From Deltaproteobacteria bacterium (GTDB lineage: Bacteria > Myxococcota_A > Polyangia > Fen-1088): a DNA stretch of 64,000 nt. Of the stretch, positions 39,215 through 47,499 are shown in pieces. The first letter of the stretch is position 1. Each line of letters begins with the position of its first letter. The notes beneath the pieces were generated by a model. It did no database searches. It was not told the origin of the DNA and saw nothing but the letters and a program-made list of their open reading frames with translations. Made by a program: the position numbers and the translations under genes. Location: the NCBI GenBank assembly GCA_033763315.1, contig JANRKS010000031.1:96001-160000 (forward strand), written 5' to 3'.

Positions 39215-40801
39215 TCAGTCTTTGACAGCGGGCAAGTGGTCGGCCGCCGCGCGATCAGCCGCCGCATCAACTTCTTGCGCGCTCATCGCGCCACGCACAT
39301 TCACTTGTGCTTCTTGAAACGAACCGGTTTCAAGATCACGCGCACGCACCCGCAAGATGCCGTTCGTGTCTACGCGGAAGGTCACCTCGATTGAAACCTC
39401 ACCACGGCGCGCGGGGCGAATGCCCGAAAGTTCCAGATCACCCAGCGGGTAGTTTTCGTCAAACCGCCGCGCTTCGCCTTGGCACACTTGAATGCGCACG
39501 ATCGATTGATTGTCCGCTGACGTGGAGAACACACGTGTTTGCTCTACGGGCAGCGGCACATTCCGCTCCACGATGGTTTCAGCGAAGCCACCTGAGACGG
39601 CAATGCCCAAAGCCCGTGGCGTCACATCCAGCAACACCGCGCGGTTGGATACGTCGCCTGTGCCGAAGGCCAGGTTGTCGGCCTGAATGGCCGCGCCCCA
39701 GGCCACCACTTCATCGGGGTTCAGATCCACGCGCGGCGGCCGGCCGAAGAACCGCTGCGCTTCGGTGCGTACGAGCGGCATGCGCGTTGACCCGCCAACC
39801 ATGATCACTTCATCAATCTGTGAAACGGTCAGCTGCGCGGCCTGCATCACCGCATGGCACGTGGCGAACGTCCGTTGCACCAAGGGATACACGCCCCGAT
39901 CAAAATCGTCGCGTCGAATCGCAAAGCGCAGGTTCAAGGTTTGCCCTTGATCGTTGACCACCAATTGCTTCAGGTCACCCTTGGCTTCTGGACGATCGGA
40001 CAGGTGGCGTTTGACTTGTTCTGCCGCCAGCATCAGGCGTGCACGTGAGCTTTGTGCCGCGCGCGGATCCACGCCCGTTTGCTGCATGCACTGCTCGGCC
40101 AACATGTTCATCAAAACGGCGTCAGCGTCGTCGCCACCCAGGAAGCTGTCACCACCAGTGGCCAACACTTCAAATACGTCACCTTCCACCTGCAAGATGG
40201 TGACGTCGAACGTGCCGCCGCCAAAGTCATACACGGCGATCCGGCGCGACATATTGCGGCCCATGCCGTACGCCAAAGCGGCCGCGGTGGGCTCGTTCAA
40301 GATGCGCATCACTTCCAGGCCCGCGATGCGGCCGGCGTCCATGGTGGCGCGGCGTTGGGCGTCGTTGAAATTGGCAGGCACGGTGATCACGGCGCCTGAA
40401 ACAGAATCGCCGAGATAAAACTCGGAACACTGTTTCAGATACGACAGGAACAAGCCGCCGATCTCGGGAATCGTGTAATTGCGATCGGGGCCCACCACAA
40501 CCGCTTGCTCGTTGTTGCCCTCGGTCAGCTTGTAGGGCAGCCGTGAGGTGGCAAACCGCACCTCATCTGAGCGAAAAGGCAGGCCCATCAGTCGCTTGGC
40601 CGAATAAACGGTGAACTCGGGCGCCACAATTCGCCGCGCCACCGCCTCGTGCGAAAAGAGCTTCAGCCCGTCGGATGAAAACGACACCACCGACGGATGC
40701 AGGTGGCGACCTTGTCCATCGGGAACAACCATCACCTGCCCGTTTTGCACGGTGGCGATGACCGAGTTCGTGGTTCCTAAATCGATCCCGACGACGGCCA
40801 T
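39215..40801 (-). CDS. Hsp70/DnaK-family paralogue lacking the C-terminal helical lid
   Basis: [44 protein letters not shown]; ends at 528 aa shortly after the beta substrate-binding domain. Confidence 0.95.
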   Translation of the reverse strand: MAVVGIDLGTTNSVIATVQNGQVMVVPDGQGRHLHPSVVSFSSDGLKLFSHEAVARRIVAPEFTVYSAKRLMGLPFRSDEVRFATSRLPYKLTEGNNEQAVVVGPDRNYTIPEIGGLFLSYLKQCSEFYLGDSVSGAVITVPANFNDAQRRATMDAGRIAGLEVMRILNEPTAAALAYGMGRNMSRRIAVYDFGGGTFDVTILQVEGDVFEVLATGGDSFLGGDDADAVLMNMLAEQCMQQTGVDPRAAQSSRARLMLAAEQVKRHLSDRPEAKGDLKQLVVNDQGQTLNLRFAIRRDDFDRGVYPLVQRTFATCHAVMQAAQLTVSQIDEVIMVGGSTRMPLVRTEAQRFFGRPPRVDLNPDEVVAWGAAIQADNLAFGTGDVSNRAVLLDVTPRALGIAVSGGFAETIVERNVPLPVEQTRVFSTSADNQSIVRIQVCQGEARRFDENYPLGDLELSGIRPARRGEVSIEVTFRVDTNGILRVRARDLETGSFQEAQVNVRGAMSAQEVDAAADRAAADHLPAVKD

Positions 40802-40822
40802 TTCTTACACAAATTCCGGCAC

Positions 40823-42043
40823 TTATTGTACAGCCATTTTGTCGTCCAGCGCCACTGCCAGACCCAAAACAAGCGCGGTTGTTATCACGGAGCCTACGGC
40901 CACCAGCACGGGCCAGCGTTTTTTCGCCCAACCTCCGGGATCTTGGGTGGGGTTTTCCGGCGGTCCCGCGGCCTTGGTCGGCGCAGATGTGATGATGAGG
41001 CCACCGCTGTCCTCTTGTAATGCTCCTTGCTGTGCCAACAAATCGCGCCGACGTGCCTGCTCATCCATCCGCATGACCGCGGCGAACACGCCTCCCACCT
41101 CGCCCGTGAGCGCCACGCGCGTGGAATCAATGCGCTTGCCTGTGATCACCTCCACCAAGCGCAATTCGATCGCCGGCTGTGCGCCCGGCTTGAGTTCGGC
41201 CACCAACGCGAAGGCCGCACTCATGCGTCGCGCGTGATCGGCGGCGTCCGCATCGGCGAACGTCTTAAAAATCTGATCGGGCACGTCTACCTGCACGCGC
41301 GACAGACTCAATGGTACGACATTCGCCCACGGCCGCCGGCCCGGGCGCTCCACGCGGATGTAGTGTTGGCCAAAAGGCAAAGACAGGCTCACAGGTGCCG
41401 CCGCGACGGGGCGCCCGTCCACACTGATCAGGGCGTCGCTTGCGGCGTTGATCACCAACGTGCCTTCGCCGCGGCGTTTGTTCTCGGCCACCGCGGCGGC
41501 ATGCCGAGCCACAGCCACGGGCGGGAACGTGCGTTGGTAAAGCTGTCGCTGCGGGCACAAAGCCGCCGCTTGCAAATACGCTTGCCACGCCTCGGGCGGC
41601 GGTGCGGGCGGGCCTCCCTCCGGCAAATCGTGCCAATCGGCGCGTTCATAGGCCATGGCCAGATACAGATGAAGGTTGCACAGCTCTTCTTGTGACAGGC
41701 CATTCGCACCCGTGGCCATCGCTTCTTCTACCGCGGGCAAAAGCAGCGAGCGCACTTCATCGAACGCCAACTCTTTGAAGCGCGCCACCGCCGCCGCCAA
41801 AGTTTTGCCAGCTTTGGGTGCGGGTTCTGGGGGCAAATCCACCGTTTCGACCGGCCCCAAACCCAACTTTGTGGCGGCTGTGGCAAAGGCCAGCTTGGCC
41901 GCCGCGTCGGCCGCGGCATCGTCAATGGCGACATAGAGCGGATGGGCCGCAGGGGGCGACGCGGCAACCTGCGCCTCGGCCGCTCCTCCCACAACACAAA
42001 CCAAAGCGACGCAACCGATATGTAAGCCAGTGAAGAGGCGCAT
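40823..42043 (-). CDS. Secreted/membrane PEGA-domain protein
   Basis: Signal peptide; GTLVI...ALISVDG...LPFGQHYIRVERPG (PEGA); C-terminal TM helix. Confidence 0.8.
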   Translation of the reverse strand: MRLFTGLHIGCVALVCVVGGAAEAQVAASPPAAHPLYVAIDDAAADAAAKLAFATAATKLGLGPVETVDLPPEPAPKAGKTLAAAVARFKELAFDEVRSLLLPAVEEAMATGANGLSQEELCNLHLYLAMAYERADWHDLPEGGPPAPPPEAWQAYLQAAALCPQRQLYQRTFPPVAVARHAAAVAENKRRGEGTLVINAASDALISVDGRPVAAAPVSLSLPFGQHYIRVERPGRRPWANVVPLSLSRVQVDVPDQIFKTFADADAADHARRMSAAFALVAELKPGAQPAIELRLVEVITGKRIDSTRVALTGEVGGVFAAVMRMDEQARRRDLLAQQGALQEDSGGLIITSAPTKAAGPPENPTQDPGGWAKKRWPVLVAVGSVITTALVLGLAVALDDKMAVQ

Positions 42044-42143
42044 GGCACGCATTGTTTCAGCCGGCACGCCTCCAGGTCAACTTCGGGTCAACATTTGCAA
42101 TCGGTGCCAGGTCCACCCCTGGGGCTGCTATGGTTTTGGGCTT

Positions 42144-42839
42144 GTGCGGCCCCTGATCTACCTGTTCGACATTGATGGCACTTTGGTGAGCACCGCCGGC
42201 GCGGGTCGCAAAGCCCTGTGTGCAACGTTCCGTGCACGCTACGGCAGCGACCATGGGCTGCACTTTAGCTTCGACGGCATGACCGACAAAGCCATCGTCG
42301 CGTTGGCATTGGAGGCGATGGCGGTTCCCCTGCGCGAGCCAACGTTGGCGGATGAGGTGCAAAGCGTCTTGGAAGCCTATGTGCAAACGTTGGCGTCGCT
42401 GGCCACGGCATCGGCTGACGCTTTTGTGGTTCACGAGGGCGTGGTGAACGTCCTCGATCAGGTGCACGCGGCGGGGCGGGGCGTGATGGGCCTAGGCACA
42501 GGCAACGTGCGGCAGGGCGCCGAGATCAAGCTTGCGGCGGTGAACCTTTATCACCGCTTTGCGTTCGGAGGCTTCGGTTGTGACCACCGCGATCGAACCG
42601 CGCTGCTGGCCGTGGGCGCCGCGCGGGGGGCGGCTTTGTTGGGCAAACCAGTGGCTGATTGCGATGTGCTGGTGATTGGCGACACACCGAAAGACATTGC
42701 GGCCGCGCACGGCATCGGCGCTCGCTGCGTGGCGGTGGCCACGGGCAGCTACAGCGTCGCCGACTTGCGGGCCGCGGGCGGCGACGTTTGTGTGCCCACG
42801 CTAAACGATCCTGCCGCGCTGGCGGCGCTCATGCCTTAA
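42144..42839 (+). CDS. HAD-superfamily hydrolase (phosphatase)
   Basis: LFDIDGTL, GLGTGN, VIGDTPKD. Confidence 0.92.
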   Translation: MRPLIYLFDIDGTLVSTAGAGRKALCATFRARYGSDHGLHFSFDGMTDKAIVALALEAMAVPLREPTLADEVQSVLEAYVQTLASLATASADAFVVHEGVVNVLDQVHAAGRGVMGLGTGNVRQGAEIKLAAVNLYHRFAFGGFGCDHRDRTALLAVGAARGAALLGKPVADCDVLVIGDTPKDIAAAHGIGARCVAVATGSYSVADLRAAGGDVCVPTLNDPAALAALMP

Positions 42840-44971
42840 CCTTCGGCGACGGCTTTAAGCTTTTGCGCCGGCAACAGCCGCGTGATGATGTCTTCCAACG
42901 AAGCGCGCTTCCAATTGTCGGCCGGTTTGCCGAAATAAAAGCCCTGAACCACATCACAATCGCTGCTGTGCAGGTGGTGAAGTTGATCTTCAGTCTCCAC
43001 GCCTTCGGCAACCACTTCAAGACCCAGGCGGTGCCCCAAGCCCACGATGGCGCCTGCCACGGACCCTTTACGTCCTGTGACGTTGATGGCGTTGATGAAC
43101 GAACGATCGATCTTCAAAACGTCCACCCGGAACCGTTCTAGGTACGCCAAGGACGAATAGCCGGTGCCAAAGTCGTCCACCGCGATGCGAATCCCCAAAC
43201 CCTTGAGTGCTTCGAGCGTTTGGTTGGTGCGGGAGGTATCCTGCATCAACAGGCTCTCTGTGATCTCCAACTCAAGCCCATCGGGTTCGATGCCCGAAAC
43301 CTGCAAAGCGTGTTGCACGACGCGAATGAGGTCATCGGTTTCAAATTGTTTGGCCGATAGGTTCACAGCGACCCGCAAGTCATGCATGCCCTCGTCGCGC
43401 CAGCGCCGCAGCTGCATGCACGCTTCCTCTAGAACCCACGCGCCCACATCCACGATGAGGCCCGTGTCTTCCAAGATGGGGATAAAATCCACCGGCGACA
43501 CCAATCGACCGTCAGGCTTGCGCCAGCGGAGCAATGCCTCAAGCCCACTGACGCGCGCCTCGCGAATGTCGATCTGCGGCTGGTAAAACAGCAGAAACTG
43601 CTTGGCCTTGAGCGCGTGGCGCAGTTCGGCGCTCAAGCGGATGCGCTTGGTGGCGTCGGCGTCATCGTCGCCCACCGCCATTTGATAATTGTTGCGGCCC
43701 TTGTGCTTGGCTGCATGAACCGCTGAATCGGCCGCCTTCATCAGGCGTTCAGCCGAATCGCCTGCCTGGGGGTGCACCGCCACGCCCACGCTGCCCGTCA
43801 TCACAAGTTCAATGTCGTTCACAATGATCGGCGCGGTTAACGCCGCCAAAATCCGCTGCGACACTTCCTTGGGGCCGTGCGCGTTGTCGAGATCTTCAAG
43901 CAGCACGGCGAACTCATCGCCGCCGATGCGCGCCACCGTGTCGTACTCACGCACGGATTGTTGCAAACGGAGGCTCACCGTTTTGAGTAGATGATCACCC
44001 GCCTCGTGGCCCAAGCTGTCGTTGATCGCTTTGAAGCGATCGACGTCCACGAACAAAACGGCCAACGGCTGTGTTTGTCGCCGCGCGCGTGCCAAAGCGC
44101 TGTTCAGCTTCTCAACGAAGGTTGTTCGGTTGGCCAACCCGGTCAACTGATCGTGGCGCGCCAAATATGCCAAGCGCTGTTCGGCGCGTTTGCGTTCCAC
44201 GGCATAGCGCAAGGTGCGGCGCAAGGTCCGAGGATCCATCGCGCGCTTTGATAGGTAGTCTTGAACACCCATCTGCACGCCCCGCAACGCCACGTCTTCA
44301 TCATCAACGCCACCCAAAATAATGATGGCCGCATCGGGTGCCAGCGTGCGAAGCCGCACCACCACGTCCAAACCGCGTGCGTCGGGCAAAGATAGGTCGG
44401 CGAGTACGGCGTCGAACGAACTTTGGCGCATCACCTGCAACGCCTCGGCGAGGCGTTCGTTCAAGACGATCTCAGACGTCACAGGATCAAGAATGCCGCG
44501 AATGGTTTCGGCATCCGTGGGGTTGTCCTCAATCACGAGGACGCGCGGCAGCGCCTCGGGTTGAACTTCGGCCATGCCGCAACGTTGAGCGAACAGATTG
44601 GCCGCGCGCTTGAGAACTTCCTCCAGCTCGTCAGCGTTCCACGGCTTCGACAAAACCGCGTCGATCTGATTTGTCGTTGCGTTGGCGCGGTTCAAATCGA
44701 GATCCGGCATGCCCGTGATCACCACGTATGCAGCGTGGGGCTGCAGGGGCCGGAGTCGATCGATGAGCGTCAACCCGTCCATGCCGGGCATCCGCAAATC
44801 AGTGACAATCACCGGGTAAACGCAGCGCTCCGCCAAAGCCACGGCTTCGGGACCGGTTCCTGCGCATTCTGTTTCAAAGCCCCGTGTTGCCATCACGCGC
44901 GAGAACGCCCGGCGAATACCGGCGTCATCGTCGATGAAAAGCACTTTCACGGTGGTGTGGTTTTCCGCCAT
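42836..44971 (-). CDS. REC-REC-GGDEF-EAL c-di-GMP signalling protein
   Basis: Two receiver domains (TDLRMP, ADLSLPD), intact GGDEF, EAL, DDFGTGYSS. Confidence 0.95.
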   Translation of the reverse strand: MAENHTTVKVLFIDDDAGIRRAFSRVMATRGFETECAGTGPEAVALAERCVYPVIVTDLRMPGMDGLTLIDRLRPLQPHAAYVVITGMPDLDLNRANATTNQIDAVLSKPWNADELEEVLKRAANLFAQRCGMAEVQPEALPRVLVIEDNPTDAETIRGILDPVTSEIVLNERLAEALQVMRQSSFDAVLADLSLPDARGLDVVVRLRTLAPDAAIIILGGVDDEDVALRGVQMGVQDYLSKRAMDPRTLRRTLRYAVERKRAEQRLAYLARHDQLTGLANRTTFVEKLNSALARARRQTQPLAVLFVDVDRFKAINDSLGHEAGDHLLKTVSLRLQQSVREYDTVARIGGDEFAVLLEDLDNAHGPKEVSQRILAALTAPIIVNDIELVMTGSVGVAVHPQAGDSAERLMKAADSAVHAAKHKGRNNYQMAVGDDDADATKRIRLSAELRHALKAKQFLLFYQPQIDIREARVSGLEALLRWRKPDGRLVSPVDFIPILEDTGLIVDVGAWVLEEACMQLRRWRDEGMHDLRVAVNLSAKQFETDDLIRVVQHALQVSGIEPDGLELEITESLLMQDTSRTNQTLEALKGLGIRIAVDDFGTGYSSLAYLERFRVDVLKIDRSFINAINVTGRKGSVAGAIVGLGHRLGLEVVAEGVETEDQLHHLHSSDCDVVQGFYFGKPADNWKRASLEDIITRLLPAQKLKAVAEG

Positions 44972-45123
44972 CAAACACGCTTCCGAACTGGATTGGGTGA
45001 CCTAGTCGTAAGGTGCATCGGCGGGGCCCGCGCGCGCCTGTAGGCCAAACCCGCAAACAGACCGGAGCCAGATAGCCCAGCTCAGGCGAGATCACCGCGT
45101 CGAAAGGTCGCCGAGCCTCAAAC

Positions 45124-45165
45124 ACCAAAGGGTCTGGGCTGCCCCACAGCCTCAGACCCTTTGGT
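45124..45165. terminator. Strong hairpin downstream of leuA, probable intrinsic terminator
   Basis: ACCAAAGGGTCTG-GGCTG/CAGCC-T-CAGACCCTTTGGT: 18-bp stem with one bulge and a 5-nt loop. Confidence 0.7.
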
Positions 45166-45187
45166 TACAATTTCTTCGCGTTCGTTG

Positions 45188-46342
45188 TTAGGCGGCGCTT
45201 TGCGCTTGGCGGGCAATGCTGGCGATCTCGTCGTCGGTCAGGCCCTTCTTGTTGTCCGCCAACGCGATGAACTTGGTGTACACCTCGTCAATCTGCGACG
45301 TGGTCAAGGCAAAGCCCAAATGCGCGCAGCGATCGGCCAAGGCGTGACGGCCACTGTGTTTGCCCAGCACCAATCGGCTTTCAGGGACGCCCACGCTGTG
45401 CGGATCCATGATCTCGTATGTGGTGCGTTCCTTGAGGAAACCGTCTTGATGAATGCCCGCTTCGTGTGCGAAAGCGTTCTGCCCGACAATCGCTTTGTTT
45501 GGCTGTGGCGACACGCCGATGATTGAAGCCAGCAATTGGCTTGCTGGGTAAAGCTGCGGCGTGTTGATGCCTGTCGAAAATGGCAACAGATCGCTGCGCA
45601 CCTTCATAGCCATCACAATTTCCTCAAGCGAGCAGTTGCCGGCGCGTTCGCCGATACCGTTGATGGTGCATTCCACCTGGCGCGCGCCGGCCTGCACACC
45701 CGCCAAGCTATTCGCCACCGCCAGACCTAGGTCGTTGTGACAGTGAACCGATACGATGGCTCGGTTGCCTACCGCGGCCACCACTTTGGCGATCATTGCG
45801 GCAAACTCCTGCGGCAGCGTGTAGCCCACGGTGTCGGGAATGTTCACCACGCTCGCGCCGGCATCCACGACCGCCTTTGCGAATCGAGCCAAGCTGTCGG
45901 GCGATGTGCGCGTGGCGTCTTCGGCCGAAAACTCAACATTGCTGACGTATTTGCGTGCCAAGGTGACGGCCGCCACGGCGGCTGCCAAAGCTTCGTCCTC
46001 GGTTTTGCGAAGCTTGTGCGTCAAGTGGATGGGGCTTGTGGCAATGAACGTGTGAATGCGTGGGTTCTTGGCCTTATCAAGGGCGCGCGCCGCCTGATCA
46101 ATGTCCTTGGCGTTGCAGCGAGCCAACGCGGCCACGGAGACGTCCGAAAACTCGCGGCTGATGAGGCTGACTGCCTGGGTGTCCCCTTCCGAAGCCATCG
46201 GAAACCCAGCCTCCATCACATCCACCCCCAGCTCCACCAGCTTGCGCGCCATCAACAGCTTCTCTTCCACGGTCATGCTGCAGCCGCAGGACTGTTCGCC
46301 GTCGCGCAAAGTGGTGTCGAAGATGAATACGCGGTCGTTCAT
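45188..46342 (-). CDS. leuA: 2-isopropylmalate synthase, short form without regulatory domain
   Basis: FDTTLRDGEQS, EAGFP, HCHND, GIGERAGN, HEAGIHQDG, LGKHSGRHA; 384 aa. Confidence 0.85.
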   Translation of the reverse strand: MNDRVFIFDTTLRDGEQSCGCSMTVEEKLLMARKLVELGVDVMEAGFPMASEGDTQAVSLISREFSDVSVAALARCNAKDIDQAARALDKAKNPRIHTFIATSPIHLTHKLRKTEDEALAAAVAAVTLARKYVSNVEFSAEDATRTSPDSLARFAKAVVDAGASVVNIPDTVGYTLPQEFAAMIAKVVAAVGNRAIVSVHCHNDLGLAVANSLAGVQAGARQVECTINGIGERAGNCSLEEIVMAMKVRSDLLPFSTGINTPQLYPASQLLASIIGVSPQPNKAIVGQNAFAHEAGIHQDGFLKERTTYEIMDPHSVGVPESRLVLGKHSGRHALADRCAHLGFALTTSQIDEVYTKFIALADNKKGLTDDEIASIARQAQSAA

Positions 46343-46467
46343 GGTGCCTCGATTGTTTCCTCAGGTTGAGCTGATGTGGCGACCCGCTGGTGGGTCTAAA
46401 TGCTTTGACTCTTTAGAAGTTAGCGCCTCACAAACAATATGGCGAATTTATTGTTTCCTTAATTTTT

Positions 46468-46482
46468 ATAATACCTGCTTAT
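46468..46482. promoter_or_regulatory. LysR recognition box (T-N11-A)
   Basis: ATAA-TACCTGC-TTAT in the AT-rich divergent leuA/LysR intergenic region. Confidence 0.65.
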
Positions 46483-46523
46483 GCAATAAGATGAATTAAT
46501 CTAAACCTGAGGTGGGATAAGCA

Positions 46524-47390
46524 ATGGAACTGCACGAGCTGCAAGTTTTTCGAATGGTCGCAGACGAAGGAAGCTTCTCACGCGCCGCGGTGAAATTGGG
46601 CCGCACGCAGCCGGCCGTGTCTTTGGCGGTTCAACGCCTGGAATCCGAACTGGGTGAGGCTCTCATTGATCGTGGCACAAAAGCCTTGCGGCTGACGGAC
46701 GCGGGCCAACTGGTGCACGATTTTGCCCGCCGTTTCGACAACTTGGGTGGCGAGCTGACCGGGGCGCTGGCGGAATTGCGTGACAAAGGCGCAGGTCAAC
46801 TGGTGATCGGCGCCAACGAGTCCACGACGCTTTACCTGCTGAATCAAATTGTTGAGTACCGGCGCAAGTACCCACGCGTGCGGGTCCTCGTGCGCCGCAG
46901 CCTTTCCAGCAAGATTCCCGAAGACATCGTTGGTGGCGAGCTTGAGCTTGGGGTGATCTCTTACGACCCGCGAGACGAACGCCTGGCAACGAAGGAGATC
47001 TACACGGATCACTTGGCCTTCGTGGTCTCGCCCCAACACCGGTTGGCGTCGCGCAAGTCTGTGGCAATCACGGAGCTGGGGATGGAGACCTTCATCGCTC
47101 ACATCGTGCTTTCGCCCTACCGGGAGGGGGTTTTGCGCGAATTTGAACGGCGAAACGTGCCGCTCAACCGGGACATCGAAATGCCCACGATCGAATCCAT
47201 AAAGAAGTTGGTGCAAATGAACGAAGGCGTCGCGTTCCTGCCCCGCATGTGCGTCGGGCCTGAGATCGAACAAGGGATACTGCGGGAGGTGGAAGTCAGC
47301 GAGTTCCGCATCGATCGGAAGATCAACCTCGTGTATCCGGCGAAGCGTTCGTTAAGCCACGCCGCTAAGGCCTTTTTGGCGCTCTTGTGA
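46524..47390 (+). CDS. LysR-family transcriptional regulator
   Basis: SFSRAA..L..TQPAVS...RLE..LG HTH; substrate-binding domain. Confidence 0.95.
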   Translation: MELHELQVFRMVADEGSFSRAAVKLGRTQPAVSLAVQRLESELGEALIDRGTKALRLTDAGQLVHDFARRFDNLGGELTGALAELRDKGAGQLVIGANESTTLYLLNQIVEYRRKYPRVRVLVRRSLSSKIPEDIVGGELELGVISYDPRDERLATKEIYTDHLAFVVSPQHRLASRKSVAITELGMETFIAHIVLSPYREGVLREFERRNVPLNRDIEMPTIESIKKLVQMNEGVAFLPRMCVGPEIEQGILREVEVSEFRIDRKINLVYPAKRSLSHAAKAFLALL

Positions 47391-47499
47391 CGCCCATTCT
47401 TCCGCTTGGGGCACGATCTGCCTTAATAATGGCCGTTGCGTGTCAAGACGAGGTTCAGTTCGGACGAATTGCTGTGCAGTCTGCGTAACACCAGCGCTC

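Noticed and set aside
39215-40801. Calling this gene dnaK
   Set aside because: No lid domain, no grpE/dnaJ/hrcA context; treated as a specialised paralogue.
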